From the NCBI GenBank assembly GCA_036524155.1, contig DATDCV010000404.1, positions 874 through 64,873 of the forward strand: a stretch of 64,000 bases of DNA, read 5' to 3'. Below are positions 36,579-46,507 of the stretch, piece after piece. Numbering within the stretch: position 1 is the stretch's first letter; each line of letters starts with the position of its first letter. The DNA comes from Verrucomicrobiia bacterium (GTDB lineage: Bacteria > Verrucomicrobiota > Verrucomicrobiia > Limisphaerales > UBA8199). Under the pieces are notes generated by a model. It did not search any database. It saw nothing but the letters and a program-made list of their open reading frames with translations, and was not told where the DNA came from. The position numbers and the translations under genes are program-made.

Positions 36579-37880
36579 TTACTTGAGCAGGTTCGGCAGG
36601 AAGGTGGCGATCTGCGGAAAGATCACGAGCAGAATGGCGGCCAGAACGAGCGCCCAAAGGAAGGGCATGCTGCCGCGGAACACCTTTTCCAGCGGCACAT
36701 CACGCGCCATGCCGCTGACGACATAAACGCAAACGCCCACCGGCGGCGTGATTACCCCCATCATCGTCACCACCACGATCATTACGCCGAACCAAATGAT
36801 GTCGTAGCCCAGCGCCAGGATGACCGGATAGAAAATCGGGATTGTCAGGATATCGAGCGCCAGCGCGTCGAGAAAACAACCGCCGATGAGGTAGAAAATG
36901 ATGATCAAGGCGATGATGCACCACCCGGGCAGCGCCAACCCAGCCAGCCAGGAGGCCAGGTTCGACGGGACCTGGGTTACGGCGAGGAATTTGCCGAAGA
37001 TAATCGCCCCGGCCACGATCACCATTACCATGCAAGACGTGCGAATGGACTCGTTGAGGCATTGGAACAATTTGTGCCAGGTCAGCTCGCGTTTCACCAG
37101 CGCGATCACGAGCGTGCCCGCCGCGCCGATCGCTGCCCCTTCGGTGGCCGTGAAAAACCCGCTGAACATCCCGCCCATGACCAGCACGAACAGCACGAGC
37201 GTTTCCCAGACGCCCCGCAACGAAGCGAACTTCTGCCGCCAGGTAAATACCGGTCCGGGAGGGCCGAGCTCCGGCTTGCGTGTGCACTCGATGAGTATCA
37301 CGGCGCAGAACATCAGTGCGATCATCAGGCCCGGCGCCACGCCCGCAATGAACAGTTTGCCGATGGACTGCTCCGTCAGGATCGCATAGACGATGAACAC
37401 GATGCTGGGCGGGATCAACATGCCGATGCCGCCGCCGGCCGCGATGCAGCCCGTCGCGAGCTGCAGGTCATACTTGTAGCGGCGCATCTCGGGCAGCGCC
37501 ACCGAGGCGATGGTGGCGGAGGTCGCCGGACCCGAGCCGCAAATCGCGCCGAAGGCGGTGCAAGCGCCGACGGTGGACATCGCCAGGCCACCCGGCAGCC
37601 GGCCCATCCAGTGATAGGCGGCATTGAAAAGCCCGCGGCTGATCCCGGTGTGGAAGGCAATCTGCCCCATCAGGATGAATAGCGGAATCGTCGTCAGGTT
37701 GTAGTCCGAGAACGTGCTGAAGAGATCGATGGTGGCCATGCTGAAAGCCGCCTGGGGGGAGACCATCAACGCGAACCCGAGCAATCCCACAACCGCCATC
37801 ACGAAACCAACGGGCATGGAACCCGCCAGCAGCAGCAGCAGCAGGGCGAAACCGATTAACGCTCCCAGGGTCGGTGTCAT
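36579..37880 (-). CDS. dctM: TRAP transporter large permease subunit
   Basis: The start is chosen at [15 protein letters not shown], where the ATG overlaps the dctQ stop (ATGA). The protein is a highly hydrophobic 433-aa permease of about 12 TM helices with DctM-like motifs (IPLFILMGQIAFHTGIS, GPATSATIASVALPEM). Confidence 0.9.
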   Translation of the reverse strand: MTPTLGALIGFALLLLLLAGSMPVGFVMAVVGLLGFALMVSPQAAFSMATIDLFSTFSDYNLTTIPLFILMGQIAFHTGISRGLFNAAYHWMGRLPGGLAMSTVGACTAFGAICGSGPATSATIASVALPEMRRYKYDLQLATGCIAAGGGIGMLIPPSIVFIVYAILTEQSIGKLFIAGVAPGLMIALMFCAVILIECTRKPELGPPGPVFTWRQKFASLRGVWETLVLFVLVMGGMFSGFFTATEGAAIGAAGTLVIALVKRELTWHKLFQCLNESIRTSCMVMVIVAGAIIFGKFLAVTQVPSNLASWLAGLALPGWCIIALIIIFYLIGGCFLDALALDILTIPIFYPVILALGYDIIWFGVMIVVVTMMGVITPPVGVCVYVVSGMARDVPLEKVFRGSMPFLWALVLAAILLVIFPQIATFLPNLLK

Positions 37881-38404
37881 GGCTTGATCATCGGTTTGCC
37901 CGGGTGGGTCAGGTGGTACAGTTTGATCAGGACAACCAAAACACAGGAAGCCGCCAGCACATACGGCACCCAGAAAACCGGGAGCTGCAATGTCATGCTG
38001 ACTTCGCCCTTCTGCCGCAATGAATTGCCGTAGTCCACACAGCCCCACGCCAGCAGCCCGAACAGCGCCATCCCGCCGAACCGCATCAATGCGTCTACCA
38101 CGACGCGGCCATGCCGGCCCAGCTTGTGGAAGAAGAACTCAATGGCCACATGGCCTTTGATGGCGGTGGTATAGGGCAGCGCGGCGGCCGCGGTAATCGC
38201 GGCGGCGATCTTGACGAGGTCGTAAGCGCCGGTTAGCGACAGGCTGAATTTGCGCAGAACCACATCAGCGGTGGTGACCAACACCATGACCATGAGCCCC
38301 GCCCCCGCGACCCAGGCGAGCGCCTGGACTACCGCCCGAAGCGCGTCGTGGTACAGTTCGATCACTCGCCGCAGGCCGGCCAGTGAGTCAGACGGCGAAC
38401 TCAT
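37877..38404 (-). CDS. dctQ: TRAP transporter small permease subunit
   Basis: The start is chosen at [11 protein letters not shown], where the ATG overlaps the dctP stop (ATGA). The protein is about 175 aa with 4 TM helices and lies between dctP and dctM. Confidence 0.85.
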   Translation of the reverse strand: MSSPSDSLAGLRRVIELYHDALRAVVQALAWVAGAGLMVMVLVTTADVVLRKFSLSLTGAYDLVKIAAAITAAAALPYTTAIKGHVAIEFFFHKLGRHGRVVVDALMRFGGMALFGLLAWGCVDYGNSLRQKGEVSMTLQLPVFWVPYVLAASCVLVVLIKLYHLTHPGKPMIKP

Positions 38405-39459
38405 TTGGTGGCCGCGGCTTTGGCAAGCTCGGCCTGGATGTCCGCCAGCATCGCATCGCCTGGCAGGTTCTTCCCCTTGCACGCCGCTGTGTAGGTGTCC
38501 AGGACCGGCTTAACCGCGGTCTTCCACTGTTGCTGCTCGGCTTCGGGCAATTGTACAAACTGGCGTTTGAGCTGCGTGACGAAGTCGCGTCCCGCTTGAT
38601 CCGCCTGGTCCCAGGCTTCGCCGTGTTTGGCAACCCATTCCTGGCTGACGTCGGTGAAAATCTTTTGCACGTCTGCAGGCAGCGCGGCCCATTTGTCTTT
38701 GTTCATCACTACGAACATCGCGGTGGTGTAGCCGATGGCCGTGGAATCCACGACATACTCGATGGTTTCGCCCTGTTTCCAGCCCTTGAGAGTTTCGATG
38801 GGGCACAGCGTGGCATCAACCACGCCCTTCGAAAGCGCCTCGTAGGTTTCCGGCTGGCTCATGGCGACCGGCGTGCCGCCCAGCGATTCGACGATCTTGG
38901 CCGACAAGCCCGTGGCGCGTACCTTCAAGCCCTTGAGGTCCGCGAGCGATTTGACCGGTTTCTTACTCGCGAGGATGCCAGGCCCGTGCGCGTGCACGTA
39001 GAGCACTTTAACATCGGCTAATTCGGCTGGCTGATACTTCTGGATCATCGCGTTGGCAATGCGCGTCGCAGTCAGGCCGTTGGGATAACCGACGGGCAAA
39101 TCCAACCCTTCGATCAACGGAAACCGTCCCCGCGTATAGGCAAAGCAGCTCATCCCCAGGTCGGAGATTCCCTTCACCACGCCTTCATAACACTGGTCGG
39201 CCTTCGTGAGCGAGCCAGCGGGATAGATGGTGATCTGAACCCGACCATCGGTACGCTTCTGAATTTCGTGCGCCCAGTTGGTCGCGGCGATGCACTGCAC
39301 GTGAGTCGGCGGGAAGAAGATGCTGTAGGACAGCTTGATGGTTTCCGCCGGCCTGGCAGATTCGCCCGACTTGGTGTCTCCGGCGGGCTTGCAGGCTGTC
39401 AGGCACACCGCAGCGAGCAGGGTGGCGCCCGCCGCCAACGACCATTGTTTCACATTCAT
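38401..39459 (-). CDS. dctP: TRAP transporter substrate-binding protein (DctP family), lipoprotein
   Basis: The start is chosen at [23 protein letters not shown] (lipobox). The DctP-like pattern is [13 protein letters not shown]...[25 protein letters not shown]. The gene order is dctP-dctQ-dctM. Confidence 0.88.
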   Translation of the reverse strand: MNVKQWSLAAGATLLAAVCLTACKPAGDTKSGESARPAETIKLSYSIFFPPTHVQCIAATNWAHEIQKRTDGRVQITIYPAGSLTKADQCYEGVVKGISDLGMSCFAYTRGRFPLIEGLDLPVGYPNGLTATRIANAMIQKYQPAELADVKVLYVHAHGPGILASKKPVKSLADLKGLKVRATGLSAKIVESLGGTPVAMSQPETYEALSKGVVDATLCPIETLKGWKQGETIEYVVDSTAIGYTTAMFVVMNKDKWAALPADVQKIFTDVSQEWVAKHGEAWDQADQAGRDFVTQLKRQFVQLPEAEQQQWKTAVKPVLDTYTAACKGKNLPGDAMLADIQAELAKAAATK

Positions 39460-39692
39460 AGGAGTCCGTTTAGGGTCTGTTTGCGTTTCCATATTCCCTG
39501 CCTCGCTTGATCACGCGGGCCGGGCACGACGCTACGGTGACCTTATAGACCAATCCTCACGCCGACCGCAAGAACTCCGTACATAGGCTCGAGTGAAAAA
39601 CCGCCACGCTGCGGCCGAATGTCGGTGGTGCGATTATGATCTTTCCGACCAAGGCAAAAAAGATTCTCCTGTTTCGAAGAGATGGCTTACGC

Positions 39693-42185
39693 ATGAAAAC
39701 TTGCACCTTCAGTTTTTTTATCTTCGCGTTGGCTGCGGCGGTCTGCTGCTCCTTCACGGCCCGGGCTGTCGCACCGACTGAATTCGAACTCGCCGAAACC
39801 GCGCGCTGGGCGGCCGCCAAGTTCAAATCGGTCGCCGATACCGCCAGGCCCGGTGCCGGGCTTTATGTCCTCGCCAACAACGATGCGGTCCAGTTGAACG
39901 CGCGCGGGGGCAGACCAATGCGAATCGTGGACAAATCGTTTACCCGCGGCTTGTATTGCCATGCCACGAGCAGAGTCATCGTGCGTCTGCCCGGTGAGGG
40001 CGCCGAGTTGACTGCCATAGCCGGTGTGGACAGCAACGAGCAGACCGGCGGCGGCCGCGGCAGTGTGCACTTCGCCGTGAAGGCGGGCGGTCAGGAGCGG
40101 TTCAAGTCCGAGCTGCTGCGTGAAGGAATGGAAGGTGTGCCCGTGCAAGTCGCTCTCGACGGCGCGACGGACTTCGAGTTGCTGGTGGACGACGGCGGCG
40201 ACGGCATCGCCTGCGACCAGGCGGACTGGGCCGAGGCTCGCGTGAAGCTCAAAGACGGCCGCGAACTCTGGCTGGCCGATTTGCCCCTGACCGAAGGCCC
40301 CGCCCGCAAGCCGCTGACCACCGACCCGCCTTTTGCGTTCACCTATGACGGCAAGCCTTCAACAACGTTGTTGCCGCAATGGAAAGTGGAGCGCTCAAGT
40401 CGCGACCTCGACGCACAACGCGTTGAGCACATGCTCGTCTATCGGGACGAAGCCACCGGCCTCCAGGTGCGGTGCATAGCCGTTGAGTACCGCGACTTTC
40501 CGACGGTCGAATGGACGGTCTATTTCAAGAACCTGGGCCAGGCGGAAACCCCCGTGCTGTCGGATATCGAAGCGCTCGACTTGACGTTGCAGCGCCCTGG
40601 CCGTGGGGAGTTCTTGCTGCATCACTTCACCGGCAGCCCCTGCCTTCCGAACGACTACGAACCGTTCGAGATCACGCTCAAATCGGGCACAGTCAAACGC
40701 GTCACCGCAGCGGGAGGTCGTCCCACGAACAGTGACTTGCCTTACTTCAACCTCGCGTGGGCGGAGGAAGGTCTGATCATTGTGGTTGGCTGGCCGGGGC
40801 AATGGGCTGCGGAATTTACGCGCGACCAGGCGACCGGATTGCGAGTAACCGCCGGCCAGGAAAAGACGCACCTCAAGCTGCATCCCGGCGAGGAGATTCG
40901 TACTCCGCTTATGGCGCTCCAATTCTGGCGCGGCGACTGGATTCGAGCGCAGAACATTTGGCGGCGCTGGATGCTCGCCCACAATCTGCCGCGCCCGGGC
41001 GGCAAACTCCCGCCTGTGCAAATGGCGGCCTGCAGTTCGCACCAGTTCGGCGAGATGATCAACGCCAATTCCGCCAGTCAGAAGCTTTTCGTCGATCGCT
41101 ATCTCGAGGAGAAACTGCCGCTGGATTACTGGTGGATGGATGCCGGCTGGTACTGGTGCGATGGGAGCTGGCCAAAGACCGGCACGTGGGAAGTGGACAC
41201 GAATCGCTTCCCGGGCGGCCTGCGGCCCATCTCGGACCATGCCCGGGCGAAGGGCGTCAAGACGATCGTCTGGTTTGAACCGGAGCGCGTTCACAGCGGC
41301 ACCTGGCTGACGGAGCAACATCCCGACTGGATCCTGGGGGGAAAAAACGGCGGCCTGTTGAACCTGGGAAATCCCGAAGCGCTCCGCTGGCTAACCGACC
41401 ATGTGGACCGGCTTCTGACCGAGCAGGGGATCGACCTGTATCGCCAGGATTTCAACATCGACCCGCTGAGCTTCTGGCAAAAGAACGACACGCCAGACCG
41501 CCAGGGCATTACCGAAAACCACCACGTCATCGGTTATCTTGCCTATTGGGACGAACTGCGCCGCCGCCACCCGAACATGCTGATTGACTCGTGCGCTTCG
41601 GGCGGACGTCGCAACGACCTCGAAACTCTCCGCCGCGCCGTGCCGTTGCTGCGGAGCGATTACATCATGGAACCGGTGGGTAACCAGGGCCATACCTACG
41701 GCCTCTCGTTTTGGGTGCCGTTCCAGGGCACAGGCACCGGTTCCGGCGCCCTGTCGCCTTACCTGCTCCGCAGCACCATGGTCACCCATTTCACCGCCTG
41801 TTTTGACGTGCGCCGCAAAGATCTCGACTACGAAATGCTCCGCCGCGTGCTGGGCCAGTGGCAACGCTATGCCAACTGCTACTTCGGCGATTACTACCCG
41901 CTCACTCCCTACAACCTGGATCGTTCGCTTTGGATCGCGTGGCAGTTCGACGTGCCCGAAAAAGGCGAGGGCCTGGTCCAGGCGTTCCGCCGCGACCAGA
42001 GCGTTTACGAAAGCGCCCGTTTCAAGCTGGCGGAGCTTGAGCCGGCTGCTCAGTATCGGGTTACCAACCTCGATTCCGGCGAGGCGAAGACAATTCCCGG
42101 TCACGAACTCATCGGGAATGGCTTGTCCATCTCCATCCGGGAGCAGCCCGGCGATGCCGTGTGGACGTACGCGAAGATCAAATAA
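39693..42185 (+). CDS. secreted NPCBM-domain / GH36-like (clan GH-D) alpha-galactosidase, paralogue 1
   Basis: The start is chosen at MKTCTFSFFIFALAAAVCC. The NPCBM pattern is FTRGLYCHA...AIAGVDSNE..GSVHFAVKAGG...FELLVDDGGDGIACDQADWAEARV. The GH36-like motifs are LDYWWMDAGWYW, DLYRQDFN, IDSCASGGRRNDLE and LLRSDY. Confidence 0.83.
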   Translation: MKTCTFSFFIFALAAAVCCSFTARAVAPTEFELAETARWAAAKFKSVADTARPGAGLYVLANNDAVQLNARGGRPMRIVDKSFTRGLYCHATSRVIVRLPGEGAELTAIAGVDSNEQTGGGRGSVHFAVKAGGQERFKSELLREGMEGVPVQVALDGATDFELLVDDGGDGIACDQADWAEARVKLKDGRELWLADLPLTEGPARKPLTTDPPFAFTYDGKPSTTLLPQWKVERSSRDLDAQRVEHMLVYRDEATGLQVRCIAVEYRDFPTVEWTVYFKNLGQAETPVLSDIEALDLTLQRPGRGEFLLHHFTGSPCLPNDYEPFEITLKSGTVKRVTAAGGRPTNSDLPYFNLAWAEEGLIIVVGWPGQWAAEFTRDQATGLRVTAGQEKTHLKLHPGEEIRTPLMALQFWRGDWIRAQNIWRRWMLAHNLPRPGGKLPPVQMAACSSHQFGEMINANSASQKLFVDRYLEEKLPLDYWWMDAGWYWCDGSWPKTGTWEVDTNRFPGGLRPISDHARAKGVKTIVWFEPERVHSGTWLTEQHPDWILGGKNGGLLNLGNPEALRWLTDHVDRLLTEQGIDLYRQDFNIDPLSFWQKNDTPDRQGITENHHVIGYLAYWDELRRRHPNMLIDSCASGGRRNDLETLRRAVPLLRSDYIMEPVGNQGHTYGLSFWVPFQGTGTGSGALSPYLLRSTMVTHFTACFDVRRKDLDYEMLRRVLGQWQRYANCYFGDYYPLTPYNLDRSLWIAWQFDVPEKGEGLVQAFRRDQSVYESARFKLAELEPAAQYRVTNLDSGEAKTIPGHELIGNGLSISIREQPGDAVWTYAKIK

Positions 42186-42223
42186 AGGCATGCGTGGTTC
42201 GCCGTCAGAAAGGCATTAACCGC

Positions 42224-44257
42224 ATGAAAGCTCACAAACTGAGGCTGGCCTTGCTGATCCTGACCGGCGCGGCCTGCCTGCAGCCTGTGATCGGGTGGGG
42301 CGTACTGCCGACCGAGGCCGAAATGGCTGAAGCCACCCGCTGGACTGCAGCCAGGTTCAAAGCTGCGACCGATCCGCCTTTCAGCTTCACCTATAGCGAC
42401 AAGAGTTCATCTGAACTTCTACCGCGCTGGAAGGCCGAACGCTCCAGCCGGGACAGGGATGCGAGCAAGGTCGAGCACTCGCTGACTTACACGGATGACG
42501 CCACGGGCCTCCAGGTGCGCTGTGTGGCGCTGGAGTATCGCGATTTCCCGACCGTTGAGTGGACAGTGTTCTTCAGGAATAGCGCTCGGGCTGACACTCC
42601 GATCCTTTCTGACATCCAGGCGCTCGACGTATCGCTGCAAAGGCACGCAGCGAGTGAATTCATCCTTCACCACCAGAAGGGCGATGACTGCACACCCGAT
42701 AGCTATGAGCCGCTCCAGGCGACTTTGAATCCAAAGTCTGAGCACCGCTTTGCGCCTGCCGGGGGCCGGCCCACCAACCGTGCTTTCCCTTACTTCAACG
42801 TCGAGTGGCCCGGGGCTGGCCTCATCACCGCCGTGGGCTGGCCTGGCCAATGGGCCGCGTCCTTTAATCGTGACGGCGCCGATCGACTGCGTATTCGCGC
42901 CGGCCAGGAGGTGACCCGGTTTAAACTGCATCCGGGCGAGGAAGTGCGCACGCCGCTGATTGTTCTCCAATTCTGGAACGGCGACCGTGTCCGGGCACAG
43001 AATATTTGGCGTCGCTGGATGCTGGCGGACAATCTGCCGCGCACTCGGGACGGCAAGCTTCCTCCACCAATCTTTTCCTCGTGCAGTGGCGGTTTCTTTC
43101 CCGGACTGCGGTGCAATGAGACGGATGAGTTCCGGTTTATCGACGCTCTTACGCAGGCGGGGATCAAGCTTGATTACTGGTGGATGGATGCGGGCTGGTA
43201 CCCGTGCGGCGACAATTGGCCCAATGTCGGCACCTGGACTCCGGACCCAGCCCGATTCCCGCACGGCTTGAAGGCGGTCAGTGATCACGTGCACGCCAAA
43301 GGTATGCGTCTCATCGTCTGGTTCGAACCGGAGCGCGTCACGCCAGGTACGTGGCTCTATCAGAACCATCCGGATTGGCTGCTCGGACGCGAAGGCGAAA
43401 CCAGGTTGCTCAACCTCGGCAATGTCCTCGCCCGCCAGTGGCTGACTGACCACGTTTCCGGCCTCATCGCCGAGCAAGGTATTGATCTCTATCGCCAGGA
43501 TTTCAACATGGACCCTCTCGCCTATTGGCGCGCCAACGACACCGCCGACCGCCAGGGGATCACCGAGATTCGCCACGTCGAGGGCTACCTGGCCTATTGG
43601 GACGATCTGCGCCGGCGCCATCCCAACCTGCTGATCGACAGTTGCGCCTCCGGCGGCCGGCGCAACGACCTGGAGACGTTGCGTCGCGCCGTGCCGCTTC
43701 TGCGCAGTGACTATCAGTCCTTCCAGGGAGACCCTGGCTTCGCACCCGGCAACCAGGGCCACACGTTCGGTCTCTCCTCCTGGATTCCTTACTACGGCCA
43801 GGGCGTCTATTACAGCGAACGGCAATTTGTTTACTCCGCGCGAAGCTCTTTCTCGCCCGCGTTTGGCTTGTGCGCGGACATTCGCAAGCCGGGCACCGAT
43901 TGGACCTTGTTCCGTCGCGTCGCCGAGCAATGGCGCCGCGTCGCGCCGCTGTATCTGGGAGATTTCTACCCGCTCACGCCGTACAACCTCAACCCCGCCC
44001 TCTGGATAGCCTGGCAGTTCGACATGCCTGAGAAAGGTGAAGGCATGGTGCAGGCCTTTCGCCGCTCGGACAGCGTTTACGAATCCGCGCGGTTCAAATT
44101 ATCTGGGTTGGACCCTGGCGCTGATTATGAAGTCTCCAACCTCGACTCCGGCGAGGCGCAAACCCTCTCCGGTCGTGAGCTTAGCGAGAAAGGGCTGCCG
44201 GTCTCCGTCCGAAACAAACCCGGCGACACTCTGTTGACCTACACCAGGCACAAGTAA
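42224..44257 (+). CDS. secreted GH36-like alpha-galactosidase, paralogue 2 (no NPCBM domain)
   Basis: The start is chosen at MKAHKLRLALLILTGAACL. The protein is colinear with the catalytic part of paralogue 1 (RDFPTVEWTV(Y/F)F(K/R)N, LDYWWMDAGWY, IDLYRQDFN, LIDSCASGGRRNDLETLRRAVPLLRSDY). Confidence 0.85.
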   Translation: MKAHKLRLALLILTGAACLQPVIGWGVLPTEAEMAEATRWTAARFKAATDPPFSFTYSDKSSSELLPRWKAERSSRDRDASKVEHSLTYTDDATGLQVRCVALEYRDFPTVEWTVFFRNSARADTPILSDIQALDVSLQRHAASEFILHHQKGDDCTPDSYEPLQATLNPKSEHRFAPAGGRPTNRAFPYFNVEWPGAGLITAVGWPGQWAASFNRDGADRLRIRAGQEVTRFKLHPGEEVRTPLIVLQFWNGDRVRAQNIWRRWMLADNLPRTRDGKLPPPIFSSCSGGFFPGLRCNETDEFRFIDALTQAGIKLDYWWMDAGWYPCGDNWPNVGTWTPDPARFPHGLKAVSDHVHAKGMRLIVWFEPERVTPGTWLYQNHPDWLLGREGETRLLNLGNVLARQWLTDHVSGLIAEQGIDLYRQDFNMDPLAYWRANDTADRQGITEIRHVEGYLAYWDDLRRRHPNLLIDSCASGGRRNDLETLRRAVPLLRSDYQSFQGDPGFAPGNQGHTFGLSSWIPYYGQGVYYSERQFVYSARSSFSPAFGLCADIRKPGTDWTLFRRVAEQWRRVAPLYLGDFYPLTPYNLNPALWIAWQFDMPEKGEGMVQAFRRSDSVYESARFKLSGLDPGADYEVSNLDSGEAQTLSGRELSEKGLPVSVRNKPGDTLLTYTRHK

Positions 44258-44261
44258 ATCA

Positions 44262-46358
44262 ATGCGCTTCAGAACCTCTGCCGTTTGGATCATGCTGGTC
44301 CATTGCGGGCTGGCTTGGCCGGCGTTTGCAGTCCGTCCAACCACCGCCGAGTTTGAGCTGCGGACAGCCTGGCTGCAGGATCACATCGCCACCAATGAGT
44401 CCATCTGGCCCCTCTCGTTTAGCTATGACCAGCGACCCGCGACGGATCTACTGCGAAAATGGAAACGGGAACATTCCTCCCGGGCGACCGGGCCAGGTTG
44501 TGTCGATCACACTCTGGTTTTCACCGATCCGGTCACCAGCCTGCAGGTCCGCTGCGAGATCGCTGAGTACACGCACCACCCCGCAGTGGAGTGGTTGGTG
44601 GCTTTCGAGAATCGAGGCGCACAAGACACCCCCCTCCTGGAAGCGATCCAGGCTCTCGACTGCCTGGTGCCCTCGCTCACTAACGGCCCGACCCTGCACT
44701 ACGCGCGCGGAGCGGTCTGCTCCTTCGACGATTTCCAGCCCTTGACGGAAATCCTCAAACCCGGCACGCGCGTGCAGGTGCAGGCCGGCGGCGGGCGTTC
44801 CTCAAGCGATTTCCTGCCGTTCTTCAACCTCGAAAGTCCTCCGCGCGGCTTGATAGCGGGGATCGGGTGGTCCGGCGAATGGGCCGCGGAGTTCCGCGCC
44901 GAGGCGCCGGGCCGGACGCGCATCATGGCCGGTCAGGCATTGACCCGGTTGAGGCTGAAGCCCGGCGAGAGGATTCGTACGCCGCGCGTTGCCCTCTTGT
45001 TCTACGAAGGCGACTGGGTGCGCGGTCAGAATCTGTGGCGCCGTTTTGTTCTCGAACACCATCGGCCCGCGGTCAACGGCAAGCCGCTTGATCTACCACT
45101 GTTCAACGGCAACTGGGGCGGGACCAGCGCCGAGCATCATCTGGCCAATATTCGCGCTATTGCCCGGCACGACCTCCCGGTCGAGTTCTATTGGATCGAC
45201 GCCGAGTGGTTCGGTGAAGGCCCGTGGTATGTAAATCCCGGCAACTGGCAGCCGAAAAAGCAGCTCTACCCCGACGGCTTCAAACCGCTCAGCGATGCCT
45301 TGCACGAAACCGGCCGCAAGCTCCTGCTGTGGTTCGAGCCGGAGCGCGTCTGCGAAGGCACTACCTGGCACCGCGAGCTCGGCCGGTGGCTGTTGAGCGT
45401 TCCCACCGAACGGCGCGTCTATCGCTGGGAGAAGCAGACTTTTCCGGATTGGGTGAAGTCCGAAAGCCTCCGCAACCAGATTAAGGAGAATGACCGCCTG
45501 TTCAACCTGGGAAACCCGGAGGCGCGACAATTCCTCACCGATTTCATCTCCGACCGCGTCGGCGCCTGGGGCCTGGACTGCTACCGCCACGATGCCAACA
45601 TTGCGCCTCTCGAATTCTGGCGGGCAGCCGACACGTCCGAACGACAGGGCCTCACCGAGATCCGCTGGGTGGAGGGGCTCTACGCTTTCTGGGACGAGCT
45701 GCTTCGCCGCCATCCGCACCTGATCATCGACAACTGCGCCAGCGGCGGGCGCCGCATTGATCTCGAGACAATGTCGCGCAGCGTTCCTCTGTGGCGGACG
45801 GATTTCCCGGGCGACCCGGTCGCGAAACAATGCCACACCTATGGCATCTCTTTCTGGGCGCCGCTCAATGGGACCGGGGCCGTCAATCCCGGACGCGACA
45901 GCCAATACGCGCTCCGCAGCAGCTTGTCGAGCACTCTGGCCTTCGGCCTGTTCGGCAACGGCGACGCGCCCCAGGCCGGCCCGCCGCCACCTGACTTTCC
46001 CTTCGCCCGGGCCAGGTCGGCGCTAACTCAATGCCGCGACTTGCAGCGCTATTTTTTGGGAGACTATTATCCGCTCACCTCCTACTCCAAAGCTCCCGAC
46101 GTTTGGCTCGCCTGGCAGTTCGACCTGCCCGAGAAAGGCGAAGGCATGGTCCAGGTCTTTCGCCGGTCGGAAAGTGTCTATGAATCCGCGCGGTTCAAGT
46201 TGCGCGGCCTTGATCCGAGCCATCGCTACCTGGTGAAGAACAGTGATTCCGGCGAGGCCCGGACTCTTTCCGGCCGCGACCTGCTGGAGACCGGCCTCCC
46301 GGTGTCGATCGAGCAGCGGCCGGGTGCGGTGGTCTTTACGTACGAAAAGACAGATTGA
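44262..46358 (+). CDS. secreted GH36-like alpha-galactosidase, paralogue 3 (more divergent)
   Basis: The gene starts 5 nt after the previous stop. It carries the same motif set in diverged form (EFYWIDAEWF, LDCYRHDAN, IIDNCASGGRRIDLETMSRSVPLWRTDF). Confidence 0.83.
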   Translation: MRFRTSAVWIMLVHCGLAWPAFAVRPTTAEFELRTAWLQDHIATNESIWPLSFSYDQRPATDLLRKWKREHSSRATGPGCVDHTLVFTDPVTSLQVRCEIAEYTHHPAVEWLVAFENRGAQDTPLLEAIQALDCLVPSLTNGPTLHYARGAVCSFDDFQPLTEILKPGTRVQVQAGGGRSSSDFLPFFNLESPPRGLIAGIGWSGEWAAEFRAEAPGRTRIMAGQALTRLRLKPGERIRTPRVALLFYEGDWVRGQNLWRRFVLEHHRPAVNGKPLDLPLFNGNWGGTSAEHHLANIRAIARHDLPVEFYWIDAEWFGEGPWYVNPGNWQPKKQLYPDGFKPLSDALHETGRKLLLWFEPERVCEGTTWHRELGRWLLSVPTERRVYRWEKQTFPDWVKSESLRNQIKENDRLFNLGNPEARQFLTDFISDRVGAWGLDCYRHDANIAPLEFWRAADTSERQGLTEIRWVEGLYAFWDELLRRHPHLIIDNCASGGRRIDLETMSRSVPLWRTDFPGDPVAKQCHTYGISFWAPLNGTGAVNPGRDSQYALRSSLSSTLAFGLFGNGDAPQAGPPPPDFPFARARSALTQCRDLQRYFLGDYYPLTSYSKAPDVWLAWQFDLPEKGEGMVQVFRRSESVYESARFKLRGLDPSHRYLVKNSDSGEARTLSGRDLLETGLPVSIEQRPGAVVFTYEKTD

Positions 46359-46507
46359 GGTCGTGATGAGTTCGCCACCGCATTAAGTCATCCCGGTTTC
46401 CAGAAGGGCGATTGCCTCATACCGTGGCAAACCCCTCTGGCGCGTGAACATCGTGGTTGGTGTGTTCAGGCTGGAAAGTCAAGGACCGGCCCTGATAGCA
46501 TTCCGCG

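Noticed and set aside
36516-37682. 388-aa plus-strand ORF opposite dctM
   Set aside because: The product is extremely Arg/His/Asp/Gln-rich and non-protein-like. The minus-strand product is a typical DctM permease coupled to dctQ by an ATGA overlap.
40395-45905. Long minus-strand ORFs (40395-41321, 41391-42191, 42419-43930, 45093-45905) opposite the three GH36-like genes
   Set aside because: These are antisense shadow ORFs. Their products are low-complexity and Arg/Ala/Gly/Pro-rich, whereas the plus-strand products carry conserved paralogous motifs and signal peptides.
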